Below are positions 7,990 through 17,216 of a stretch of 21,018 nt of DNA, piece after piece (position 1 is the first letter of the stretch; each line of letters opens with the position of its first letter). Origin of the DNA: Parachlamydiales bacterium (GTDB lineage Bacteria; Chlamydiota; Chlamydiia; Chlamydiales; JAJFMK01); assembly GCA_963765145.1 (NCBI GenBank), contig CAVXVG010000023.1:1-21018 (forward strand). Direction: 5' to 3'. Made by a program: the position numbers and the translations under genes. The notes beneath the pieces were generated by a model, which saw only the letters and a list, made by a program, of their open reading frames with translations, was not told the DNA's origin and ran no database searches.

Positions 7990-10873
7990 TCCGTCGAGGG
8001 AGTTTTTCCAATAGTTGAATTGCTCTTGGTCGTTTGAGGCTCGAGACATTAACATCATCTGAAAAGCAAGGGTCCGCTTTTCCCAAAAGAAGGCCTGTTT
8101 AGACCATCTGGAAAGATCAAGCTTTTGGGTAAAATAATAGGCACCAAGAGCTGAACTTTTTGGAAAGCTTTCTTCCAAAAGATTTTGAAAATGAATATGG
8201 GCTATCTCTTTGCCGTCAAATCGTTGAAGGAGGCAGCCAAAAGGGAAAAAGAGGGGCGAATCTTCATTCGATAGATTTTCAATAGGGAATTGGTCTAAAA
8301 CTTTTCCCACCTCTTCAAAACGGTCTAATAGAATAAGAGCGGCTGCTTTGAAGTAACCTTTCCACGCCTCTTCTTCAGCATTAAGGGGTTCAATAATTTG
8401 ATCCAATACAGAATAACCCTCTTCGTACCTACCCAAATATAAAAGCTTAGAACTTAACCACAAGATAGCTGTTTTATCTTTATTTGCAGGGACATGGAGA
8501 TCGAGCAAAGCCTCATACGTCGGTTCTAACTCAATCGGAACACTTTCATAGGGCAGACCCGCATCTAAAAGGCAGAAAAGGGCTCTTTTATACAAAGTCT
8601 GCGTCGGTTTAATCTGCAAAAATTGCTCGATGACATGTCCTTGAGCTAAATGATAAGCGATCTCGATCCCTAATGAGGGCAAGTCTCGGTGTCCGATCTG
8701 ATCCAAAAACCAAGGGGTTTCGGTGTTTCTTTGTAGGCGCTCTAACAACCGTTTTCCTTCTTGGAAGGTTTTTTCTGGGCAATGGAGAATCAGAAGAAGG
8801 GAGAATTGGTAGGTGGCAATCCGGTCGATCCTGGAACTTTCTTGTGTGCGGAATAAAAGATGTTCTTCAAGCAGCGGTAAAAGAGGATGGCGGGGAGTCC
8901 GGCGCCAAGCGATGTCGAAACATTTAGCCTCCTCCTCAAACTCTCCAAGTGCTTCATAAATCAGAGCTTTACCCAGGTATTCTAAAGGGGCGCCAGGTGT
9001 TTTTCGAAGTTTTTCAAACTCTTTGAAGGCCAGTTCAAAACAGTTTTCCTTTTCTTTTAAATCCAAAGAGATTTTTCCCTCTTCTAAAAGGGTGACACCA
9101 GCTCTAAAAAGGGCCTCTCTTCCTTCTTGTCTGCCAGGAAATGAGGCGCCAATTCTTCGGTATTCTGAAAGGGCTTTGCCATAATCTTTATTGGTCAAAA
9201 AGGCATCCGGTACTGCTATGCATTTCACCAACACATTTTGGCCAGCTTCATAAACTTGCAGATCGCTCATTTCTAAAAAAGTATCCCGAAGCATCAATCC
9301 AACATGGCTTCCTTCTTGCGGCAAGTGGGTGATGTAAGAAAAAACTCTTCGCCCATCTAATGAAAGATGGATCGACTCATCCACCTTTTCTACAGTGATA
9401 TGGTACTTTCGCCCCACTTTAAGCAGTAAATCGGGCGATTCGATCACATGCACACCCGAGCGGATCAAACGCGTTGGAGTTCCGGGAATGGCAGAAATCC
9501 AGAGGCAATACCCATCGAGTAAATTTTGCCTTTGCTCCCTATCTTTTAAAGAAAGGAGTAGGCCAATCCCTTCGCCCCCTTCTTTGATTTCAACGTCGGT
9601 TTCAAGGCGAATATTTCCAGGGAATGAGCCCTCCGATATCATCAAATTCACCCAAGTGGTCTCTTCGGTCGATCTAGAGATGACATTGAAGTCATCCATC
9701 AACACATTTTCTTGAAATTCCCAATCTCGAGGCGCTTTTGGAGAGAGAGTTTGGATGTGGAACCATTCAGAGCGCCCTTCAATATACCCTTCAAGCTCAT
9801 GGATCATCTCTTGAACACGCCCATACCGTTTCTTGGGGTCTATGTTAAGGCACTTGTCGACAATAGAGACTAAAACTTGAGGAATATCTCTGTAGGGGGC
9901 GACTTCGATGGGGTCTTTTAGGGGGGCGTCATCGCCCCCTTTTGCTTTGTAATCGGCAAGGCTTTTTCTTTTGAAAGGAATTTGAAGGGTTAAAAGTTGG
10001 TAGAGGATAACTCCTAAGGCATAAATTTCGGTTTGGATGGTAGCAGGACCTCCCAAGGCCCTTTCCGGAGCCATGTAAGAAAGGGTTCCAACAACCTTTC
10101 CAATCCGTGTGAGTCCGGCATTTTTTTTGCTTGCAGTCAACTGCTCATCCGGAGCGCCTGAAAGATCGGCTAGTCCCCAGTCGAGAATTTTTGCTTCGCC
10201 ATACCGCATGACAATGACATTTTCCGGCTTGATATCTCGATGTAAAACCCCTTTGGAATGGGAATAGGCGATAGCTTGGCATATCGAAATAAAGATGCGG
10301 ATCAGGTGGGGAATGGAGCCCTCGTTGATGCGCTTGCCCTCTTTTTCTGCCTTTCGGATGTCTCTTAAAAGTTGTTTTAACGTATGTCCTTCTAAATAGG
10401 GCATCGTGTAATAGAGTAAATCGCCAGTTCTCTCGATGGCATAGATCGGCACAATCGATGGGTGGGTCAGCTGACTTGTGATCCTCGCCTCTTTTAAAAA
10501 TCGGTTGTAAAGAGTTTTATGCTCTTTTAGGTCTCTTCTGATTTGTTTGACAGGCAATCCTTCTTCCACAAGCGACGTCATAGGCTAAAAAGACCTCGCC
10601 CATGCCTCCTTGCCCAATTTTTCTCAAAATTTGGTAGGGTCCAATCGTAAATTGGATCGGCTCTTCAGCAGGGATCTGCCCTGAAATCAAAGAGGCGCCC
10701 CAATCACTGCCTCCATGGCTGCCGTGTGCAGTTCCTCCTTCCACATCTCCATTGCCTAAAGAGACTCCGCAATACACACAAAAGCGGAGGGGCTTTTTGG
10801 GAAATTGGCTAGAGATAACCATTGCGCCAAAGCAGTGGGAACAGACAACAGTTTCGTGCTCAGGGCTCAACAT
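7981..10873 (-). CDS. pknD: Ser/Thr protein kinase PknD-like, split by one apparent extra base near 10552
   Basis: ORF 10517-10873 has the Gly loop [14 protein letters not shown]...RRIA. ORF 7981-10581 continues VKQIRRDL...RFLKEARI...HRDIKPEN...DWG...GTLSYMAPE. Removing one base in GCC(T)GTCAAA restores RRIAVKQ. The long C-terminal region ([15 protein letters not shown]) is typical of chlamydial PknD. Confidence 0.9.
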
Positions 10874-11261
10874 GGTACTCTAATTCCTCAATCACCCGTT
10901 TGCCTTCTTGAGACAAAAAATCAACCTTGTAGGTATAGCCCCAGGCAGGATCGTAGACAATACCATTTGAAACTTTATAAGAGTTTCTGGCCTGGTGGAA
11001 GAGGGCATATTGGCCTACTTCATCCCTTTCTGGCAACATATAGAGGACGCCAAAATCGATGATTCTGACAGGAAAACCGGCAAAGTGGGAAAACAGTTTT
11101 TCTCTCATTTCGCCAATACTTTTCCCTTTTAGAATCTCTTCTCCTTTAAAAACCCAGGTCCAGCCGTTTCCATCCTGCAAAAGCAGCGCCTTTTCTTCGG
11201 CTCCTCTTCCCAGTTGCACGGTCGCTACCAACCTGATCTTTTCGAACACATCCTTCTTCAT
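10860..11261 (-). CDS. Hypothetical protein upstream of pknD
   Basis: The ORF overlaps the pknD start by 14 nt, suggesting an operon. Likely start is ATG 11261 (MKKDVFEK). The LPERDExGxxALFHQ motif is recalled from environmental chlamydial hypotheticals, not verified. Confidence 0.7.
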   Translation of the reverse strand: MKKDVFEKIRLVATVQLGRGAEEKALLLQDGNGWTWVFKGEEILKGKSIGEMREKLFSHFAGFPVRIIDFGVLYMLPERDEVGQYALFHQARNSYKVSNGIVYDPAWGYTYKVDFLSQEGKRVIEELEYHVEP

Positions 11262-11371
11262 GTCAACAGACACACTACCCAAAACAGACTTGGAAGGCAA
11301 GTGAGCTAGGGTAAAGAAGAGCCTTGTTGCATAATTAATCGCTGCGAAAAGGCTTTTTTAGTTCGCAACGC

Positions 11372-11660
11372 GTTTGGAGTGCGCAACTCTTGTTGCGCTT
11401 TCACTCTCTGAAAGTCAACGCTAAACGGGCTCAGGAGCACTCCTCTAGTAACTCAACATTAACCAAGAAATTATTCTCTTCTTTGTGCCTCTGTGTTCTC
11501 TGTTTCTCTGTGTTGAAAATGATGAACTTTTACCTATAAATGTGCTTTGGCAAAAAGCTAACTAAATTTTCAACACAGAGGCACAGAGAACACAGAGAAA
11601 AAAATGCTTCGCATGTTACTTCATGATCAGAGAGGCGGTAGTCTCTTCCTTGCTCCAAAC
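11372..11660. repeat. Degenerate REP-like outer pair flanking the CACAGAG element
   Basis: GTTTGGAG (11372-11379) is followed by the hairpin GCGCAAC-TCTT-GTTGCGC. Its complement CTCCAAAC lies at 11653-11660. TTAATC/GATTAA pair further out (11335-11340/11671-11676). Confidence 0.5.
11489..11597. repeat. Palindromic element family B: 32-bp inverted arms made of CTCTGTG/CACAGAG units around a 45-nt AT-rich spacer
   Basis: Left arm CTCTGTGTTCTCTGTTTCTCTGTGTTGAAAAT (11489-11520) and right arm ATTTTCAACACAGAGGCACAGAGAACACAGAG (11566-11597) are 30/32 complementary. Confidence 0.9.
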
Positions 11661-11686
11661 ACTCACGCGAGATTAACAGGAGTTCC

Positions 11687-12904
11687 TTAATCATTTAGGA
11701 GGTTGTCGGTTAAGTCGGTGCGGCCAAGGAAGGGCTTGGGGGTGTCAATGTGTCCTTGAAACAGAGGGATGCCGGTCGATTTTTCCCAAATGAGGAAGGA
11801 AAAGGGGCGGTTTGCATGGAAAGGTATGACTTTTTCTTCCGGCATGTAGCGGGTCGTTGTGAACACAGTGCCTGTTGCTGCAGCAGCTTCAGTCCCTTTT
11901 TCATCCCAAGACATGTAGGCCTCATGAATGATGTCGGTCAGCTCTACTTGGCCGGCTACCATCCCTGCAAAGTCGGCCGCCATGGTGAAGGGAAGAACAA
12001 ATCCTAAGGCTTGAAGAGGTTTTTTTAGGTCGTAAGAAGATCTAACCTCCATTTTAGGAATTTTTAAATCAACTCTAGCAGCTAGAAGATGAGGCCCGTA
12101 GGTGTCGACATCGATGGGGCGTATACCACCCTCTTTTGGCAATAATATCCAAAGAACAACATCTAAAGGGTTGCTCTTATAAGGAACCTCAACGATCTGC
12201 ACAAAGTCATCTTCATAGTAATTGAGGTTAGAAGTTTGTTGCATGAAAGTAATGGGGAACGCTTTGCCATTCGATGGGGTGAAGGTGTCTTGGTGTGAGT
12301 TTGAGAGGGAAAAAGGGAATAAAAAGGGTGCATTCATATACAAAGTGGAGGCTAATACCACTTTGGTATCCTTTTGAATCGAACCGGGTTTCAATAAATC
12401 GGGTATTTTTCCATGTGTTTTGATGCTGATCCAATGGTTGATCTCTTTTCTAGCAACATCTGAGTGTTCTTTGAAATTTACTTGAGCCAGCTGCCCATTA
12501 AACACATCTACAGCCGTTTGTTGAAAAAGAGGGTTAAATAGCATGCCGGATTGCAGCCACAGCCCAACTCCGTTAGAAAGCTGCATGGGCCCATGTACGT
12601 TCAGAGTATGGATAGCCTCTTTAAAACCGGCCTTATCTCCACTGCTTGGCAACCCAAGCAACTCCCAAAAGGCTAATTCAGTATCACCTCGTGCCCCTTC
12701 TCCTGCAAGCCCCAGGAGTGTACCAATGTTCCATGGAGAAAAGAGGGTGTTTTCACCCGGCTTTTCAAGCACCGTATCCATTTTTTGACCAAATTGACGA
12801 ATAGCCGGGCCGATTAGGTTGGGTTCTGAAAACCCAAACACGAACGGAACAGAGACTAACGCCACTAAAAGGGCAAAATAAAGGGGACGTTTGGAATTAA
12901 TCAT
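11687..12904 (-). CDS. Serpin family protein with N-terminal signal peptide
   Basis: NTLFSPWNI, GARGDT, INHWISIKTHGKI, hinge DEKGTEAAAAT and C-terminal signature FHANRPFSFLI. Hydrophobic leader MINSKRPLYFALLVALVSVPFVFG. Confidence 0.95.
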   Translation of the reverse strand: MINSKRPLYFALLVALVSVPFVFGFSEPNLIGPAIRQFGQKMDTVLEKPGENTLFSPWNIGTLLGLAGEGARGDTELAFWELLGLPSSGDKAGFKEAIHTLNVHGPMQLSNGVGLWLQSGMLFNPLFQQTAVDVFNGQLAQVNFKEHSDVARKEINHWISIKTHGKIPDLLKPGSIQKDTKVVLASTLYMNAPFLFPFSLSNSHQDTFTPSNGKAFPITFMQQTSNLNYYEDDFVQIVEVPYKSNPLDVVLWILLPKEGGIRPIDVDTYGPHLLAARVDLKIPKMEVRSSYDLKKPLQALGFVLPFTMAADFAGMVAGQVELTDIIHEAYMSWDEKGTEAAAATGTVFTTTRYMPEEKVIPFHANRPFSFLIWEKSTGIPLFQGHIDTPKPFLGRTDLTDNLLND

Positions 12905-13694
12905 GGGACATTAATAGGGTGCAAATGTTGATGATATTAAACAGACTGTGCAAGGTGATCGATGCAAAGAGGTTGCCCGATTTCTCGTAGATCCAAGAAA
13001 GCGTTAAAGCCAATATGAACAAGGCAGGCAAAATGATTCCATTGGATGCTCCTTGTTCTGCTGAAAAATGGAAAAGGGTGAAAACAATGGCCGTCAGTGG
13101 AAGGGCAAATTTTGCAGATAAAAACCGTCTTAATACATTTTGCAGCAATCCTCTGAACAAGAGTTCTTCCAACACAGGAATGGCAAACGCAATCAGAGCA
13201 GCTACCAGAGCAAACTGCCACGGAGAATCGGCATAGGCTAAAAGAAACAAAATAGCGTCTTGATCAACTCTAGGGATACCCAACAGTTGTTCAAACAAGA
13301 CAATCATTAGCCCTTCAACGATAAAAACAATCGGTAGAACTAAAATCAGCGCTACAAAACCTGTTTTTACACTTTTCCAAAAGGAATAGGCGCCCGGTCT
13401 TTTCCACAGTTGAATGAATGGAGGGGTGAGGGAAATGATGACGTAGACCAACGTCGAGAGAAAGACAACAAGGGGGATTTGCAGATCGTTTGGTGGGAAA
13501 AACTTATTCCAAACAGAAGCCAAAAAGATTTGAAAGGGGAGGAAGAGGAGAAAAAGAACAATGGAAACCCAAACAGGGATGATGGCCCGTTCCATTTTAG
13601 GAACGTGCCACCAACTCCTTTTAGTGATCCGTCGAACAGCCCAAATCGACCAAAAAAGTAGAACAAGGGCTAAAAGGAGATCTACCAAGTGCAA
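12897..13694 (-). CDS. CPBP/Abi (CAAX type II) intramembrane metalloprotease
   Basis: PVLEELLFRG, FTLFH and HSLFN motifs in a multi-TM protein. The stop overlaps the serpin start by 8 nt. Confidence 0.95.
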   Translation of the reverse strand: MHLVDLLLALVLLFWSIWAVRRITKRSWWHVPKMERAIIPVWVSIVLFLLFLPFQIFLASVWNKFFPPNDLQIPLVVFLSTLVYVIISLTPPFIQLWKRPGAYSFWKSVKTGFVALILVLPIVFIVEGLMIVLFEQLLGIPRVDQDAILFLLAYADSPWQFALVAALIAFAIPVLEELLFRGLLQNVLRRFLSAKFALPLTAIVFTLFHFSAEQGASNGIILPALFILALTLSWIYEKSGNLFASITLHSLFNIINICTLLMSHD

Positions 13695-14334
13695 AAGACG
13701 GCCTCTTCGATTTTGTTAGCCACTTCGCCAGCTAGTTCTTTATGACCTTTTGCAAGAGGGGTGTTTTCATATTCTGGAACCAGGTCATTTAACCGGCATA
13801 GTTCGTTTTTGCAGCTTTTGGGAGACACAAGTTTGTATGAGTCTACAATTTCTTGACGGACAATGAGAGGCTCTTCGTGTCTTAAGTCGATGACCCTTAA
13901 ACGAATAGACATAGCGAGCACTTGGTGCCTATCAGGTGTGTGGTTCACTTGAATGTCTGGGTAGAGCTCTCTTTTGTAAGGTTTCATTTCATGCTCAACC
14001 AATTCAGCGATGATCAAGAAATCATTGTGAGAAAAGTGGTTGGCAAAAGAGAGATCTGAACCAAAGTAGTCACGCCCTTTTGTTTGCTCAAGAGCAACTT
14101 CAAATTGATTAAAAAGGAGAGACCCAAAAGGTTCCTTCACACATCAGGTGATCGAGGATATCATCTGTCAGTTCAGCTTCAAGATCCCAAGGGAGCTTGG
14201 CATTTGTTCTGTTTACCACAGGAACAACAGCAACCTGTGGGCGACACCGCGGAGCTGGCGGAGCAGTGGGGGGCCGAAACGCATCCGGCAACTAATGCTA
14301 GGAGTGCGAGGGCAAATGGAAATAAACGAGACAT
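13682..14334 (-). CDS. Lipoprotein (CT253-like by recollection), broken by two apparent +1 homopolymer errors
   Basis: Lipobox leader MSRLFPFALALLALVAG-C from ATG 14334. Removing one G from G6 (14268-14273) joins PQVAVVPVVNRT...LPWDLEAELT. Removing one A from A5 (14111-14115) joins NQFEVALEQ...IAELVEHE...RLRVIDLR. Confidence 0.75.
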
Positions 14335-14363
14335 AGACCAAAATCGTGTAATACTTAGAATTA

Positions 14364-14391
14364 ACTGTAACATGTTACTCGAATCCGTCAA
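14364..14391 (-). promoter_or_regulatory. Putative promoter of the lipoprotein-CPBP-serpin unit with an overlapping 12-bp palindrome
   Basis: The minus strand reads TTGACG-N16-TACAGT with a TG extension. The perfect palindrome GTAACATGTTAC is at 14367-14378. Confidence 0.5.
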
Positions 14392-14409
14392 GGGGGAAAA
14401 GTTTTTTAA

Positions 14410-15141
14410 ATGGTATTACCAATCGTAAAAGAGGGAGCACATACTCCGGTCAAATTAAGCCGTTATCTCCAGCTTAAGGCAGAAAGAGAAGCTTTGTACG
14501 AACGGATGTGGTTGTTATCAGACAATCCTTTTTTATCAGAACCTATTTGGTTTGATCGGACATTTCAATTTGTAAAAAAACATGTGACTGAAGAATGTCG
14601 AATCGTTGCAGATTTTAGGCTGTGGAAAAGGAGAGATGACAAGCCGGTTGATTGATATGGGGAAAGAAGTTGATGCTGTCGACATTGCTTACGAAATGCG
14701 CTGAAAAAAATAGTGCCGAGGGAGAAGTTGAGAACGATTCGAGAGGCTCTTCCCAAAACTAAATTGATCGATTTAAGTTACGATGCAGTTCTTGCTTTAG
14801 ACTTGATTGGGGGAATGGAGCAAGAAGAGTATCGATTGTTTTTTTCGGAGCTGGCACGGATTGGAAAGAGAGATTCTCTTGCGATTGTTTCGACACCTTT
14901 TGATCGAAAAACAGAAGGGGGATTGGAGCGGTTTTTGTCTCTTTTTGCCACCGAATATGAATTAGTGGATCTGGAATGTGGCTATTTACGCTTCCAGCCA
15001 AAATCGAACATTTTAACTAAAATTTTAGAACAGGTGCGGAAGTTCATTTTGGCCGAACGGGGCATCACCCACGTCATCGCCTGCGGCAAGAAGAAAAAGA
15101 ATAACAAGTTGAACATGGCATTGCGCATCCTTCTTAGGTAA
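14410..15141 (+). CDS. Class I SAM-dependent methyltransferase-like protein, frameshifted twice
   Basis: Removing one T at 14613-14616 reveals motif I VADLGCGKG followed by VDAVDIA. A second shift near 14690-14695 joins NALKKIVPREKL...YDAVLALDLI...FFSELARI. Confidence 0.75.
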
Positions 15142-15159
15142 AAGCCACCCCATAAAGAA

Positions 15160-15259
15160 CAGGATCCGACTTCGTCGGGCAGGACGTCCTACGGCGGCAG
15201 GATTGGCTAACGCAGGCAGGATCGGCTAACGCAGGCAGGATAATTTTCAGTTTGCAGGA
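15160..15259. repeat. Six CAGGA anchors spaced 18-20 nt apart with short variable inserts
   Basis: CAGGA starts at 15160, 15180, 15198, 15217, 15236 and 15255. Units 3 and 4 are near-identical 19-mers (CAGGATYGGCTAACGCAGG). Unit 1 holds the hairpin CCGAC-TTC-GTCGG. Confidence 0.7.
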
Positions 15260-15273
15260 GCAGCCTCTTGGTT

Positions 15274-15471
15274 AAAAAAAAGGCTGAAAAGCCTTGATTG
15301 CAACAGGCCAGGGCAACGCCCTGGTTACAGGATTATAATAAAATTGGCAGCCTGAAAGGTTGCAGGAAACCGGAGATCCTGTAGCCCTTCAGGCTGCCAA
15401 ATATATTTTCCATTATTACCCGGGGCGATGCCCGCGGGCTGTTGCAATTCAAGGCTTTCAGCCTTTTTTTT
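15274..15471. repeat. Palindromic element family C: ~198-bp nested inverted repeat (REPIN-like)
   Basis: Outer arms A8-GGCTGAAAAGCCTTGATTGCAACAGGCCAGGGCAACGCCCTGG and CCCGGGGCGATGCCCGCGGGCTGTTGCAATTCAAGGCTTTCAGCC-T8. Inner arms TTGGCAGCCTGAAAGGTTGCAGGA (15344-15367) and TCCTGTAGCCCTTCAGGCTGCCAA (15377-15400). Confidence 0.92.
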
Positions 15472-15473
15472 CC

Positions 15474-15512
15474 GGCAAGGGCAAGGGCAAGGGCAAGAGC
15501 AGGGGCAAGGGG
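15474..15512 (+). repeat. Orphan family A arm: (GGCAAG)4-AGCAGG-GGCAAG-GGG
   Basis: Same hexamer as 1448-1513 and 20296-20328, but no complementary TTGCCC arm nearby. Confidence 0.85.
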
Positions 15513-15540
15513 TAGTTGGGAGAAATGTTAATGAAGAAAA

Positions 15541-15635
15541 GCCGGAGAGGGCTTGAAGCAAAGCAGACAACTCACGAGGCTGCTACCTTCCGATTCTGAC
15601 CTGATTAGAGTGCTACTCTCTCCAAGTTCCCCGGC
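15541..15635 (-). ncRNA. ffs: Small SRP RNA (4.5S)
   Basis: The minus strand contains TCAGGTCAGAATCGGAAGGTAGCAGCC (helix-8/domain IV with GGAA tetraloop and AGCAG). Ends GCCGG...CCGGC close a ~95-nt hairpin, followed by a T-rich tract. Confidence 0.93.
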
Positions 15636-15667
15636 AAAAGAAAAAGCATATCACATCACGCTTTACC

Positions 15668-15697
15668 TTGACCAGTTACAAAAATGAATGATACGAT
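15668..15697 (+). promoter_or_regulatory. Putative promoter of yicC-gmk, back-to-back with the ffs promoter
   Basis: TTGACC-N18-TACGAT with a TG extension on the plus strand. TGnTATGCT lies on the minus strand just upstream of ffs. Confidence 0.5.
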
Positions 15698-15727
15698 ATG
15701 GGGCCTAACCCGAGTGTTTTTTCTTCT

Positions 15728-16613
15728 ATGTTGCGAAGCATGACAGCTTTTGGCAGAGGCAAGTCGTCTCGCAAATTAGGCAGAATTTCTGCTGAGATCA
15801 CTTCCTTAAACCGTAAACACCTTGAGATCAAAATTTCGCTTCCACGTGGTTTATACCATTTGGAACCGGAATTGCGTGGTTGGCTCACTCCTCATATTGG
15901 GCGAGGAAGTGTTCATATCCGGATAACGGCTGAATGGGTCGGCAAGCCGCCGTTTGCTTTAGGTCTTAATACCTCTTTTATCAAACATTATGTGGATGAA
16001 GGGAAGCGGTTTGAATACGAAGCTGGCTACCAGTTGCCTCAAGGTTTTTGGGTTGAGTGGGCGCTTAGCCAGGAAGGTGCGCTTCACGAAGAGCACGCTG
16101 TTGATGAATCCGAGCTCATCCGGCTGCTTGAAGAAGCAGTACAAGACGCGCTCGTCCCGTTTTCTGAAATGAAATTGAAAGAAGGGAAGAATTTAGCAGC
16201 CGATTTGAGCAAAAGATTGGTCTATTTGAGGCAGGAAGCCACAGATTTAGGAGTCGTTTTAGTCGGCTTTCTCCCTAAAATGCAGCAAAAAATGAAAGAA
16301 TTTCTAGCCCCATATTTTACCGATGCTCAAGAGATGGAAGATAGGGTTTTAAGAGAAGTTGCACTGATTGCCAAAAATGGAGACTACACGGAAGAGCTGA
16401 TCCGGTTAAAGTCGCACATCGGGCAAGTCGAAAAACTGATTTCCTCTGAAGAGATGCAAGTTGGAAAAACGATGGAATTTCTTTTGCAAGAGATCGAACC
16501 GTGAAGTCAATACGATCGGAGCAAAAGCTCAAGATTTAGAAGTTTCAAAGCGGGTCGTTGACATCAAAAGCGAATTGGAAAAAATTAGGGAGCAAATCCA
16601 AAATGTTGAATAA
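15728..16613 (+). CDS. yicC: YicC/YloC family endoribonuclease, one apparent extra base at ~16495
   Basis: Start MLRSMTAFGRG, with SLNRKHLEI, RGSV and EELIRLKSH. Deleting C16495 gives EFLLQEMNREVNTIGAKAQD...KSELEKIREQIQNVE-stop, the conserved C-terminus. Confidence 0.9.
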
Positions 16614-17214
16614 GCTTCCTAAAACATCTAAAGGGCATCTATTTGTCTTAAGTGGTCCGGCAGGCAGCGGCAAGACAACGCTGGTTGACCGACTGACACT
16701 CGAATTTCCACATGTTAAAAAGAATGTTTCCTATACAACACGAGCTAAGAGGGCAGGAGAGACGGAGGGTGTTGATTATCACTTTGTTGACTTGCAAACG
16801 TTTGAAGAAATGGAAGCTCGGGGCGAATTTCTTGAAACGGTACATCTTTTTAACAGCAACTATGGCACGTCAGTAAAAGCTATATCAAACCAACTCGAAC
16901 AAGGGTACCATCTGGTTTTAGTGTTGGATGTCGAAGGGGCCAAGAAAGTGAAAGAAATGTTAGAAGTTCCCCTTCTTTTCGTCACAACGCCCGACTTGCA
17001 GACGCTGGAAAAACGGCTGACAGCACGTGGCAGCGAAAAACCACAAGATTTAGAAAAACGACTCGAAAGGGCCCGTTTTGAAATATCACAAGGAGAAAAG
17101 TATTATGATTATCTCTTTGTTAATGACGACTTAGATGCAGCCTACCAAATTTTACAGAGCATCCTCGTCGCGGAATTACATAAAAGGAAAGCAATTCCTG
17201 CTAGAGAAAGTTAA
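16603..17214 (+). CDS. gmk: Guanylate kinase
   Basis: P-loop SGPAGSGKTT, SYTTRAKRAGETEGVDYHF and YGT. Likely start ATG 16603 overlaps the corrected yicC stop. Confidence 0.97.
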   Translation: MLNKLPKTSKGHLFVLSGPAGSGKTTLVDRLTLEFPHVKKNVSYTTRAKRAGETEGVDYHFVDLQTFEEMEARGEFLETVHLFNSNYGTSVKAISNQLEQGYHLVLVLDVEGAKKVKEMLEVPLLFVTTPDLQTLEKRLTARGSEKPQDLEKRLERARFEISQGEKYYDYLFVNDDLDAAYQILQSILVAELHKRKAIPARES

Positions 17215-17216
17215 AG

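Noticed and set aside
10540..10560. Programmed frameshift in pknD (and likewise yicC)
   Set aside because: There is no slippery heptamer or homopolymer at these sites, and similar breaks occur in many unrelated genes, so error is more parsimonious.
14179..14391. Standalone 70-aa Cys-rich lipopeptide (GCCCSC)
   Set aside because: The Cys cluster is out-of-frame sequence after the G6 homopolymer break. The leader belongs to the longer lipoprotein.
15160..15259. CRISPR array
   Set aside because: The 5-6-nt anchor and 13-15-nt inserts are far below CRISPR dimensions, two inserts are near-identical, and no cas gene is present.
15325..15570. ORF with CPCSCPCPCPC resembling a metal-binding peptide
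   Set aside because: It is read through the GGGCAA arm, the family C palindrome and the ffs 3' end, so it is a repeat artefact.
16558..16602. N-terminal extension of Gmk in the ORF track
   Set aside because: These bases encode the conserved YicC C-terminus in another frame; ATG 16603 is the better start.
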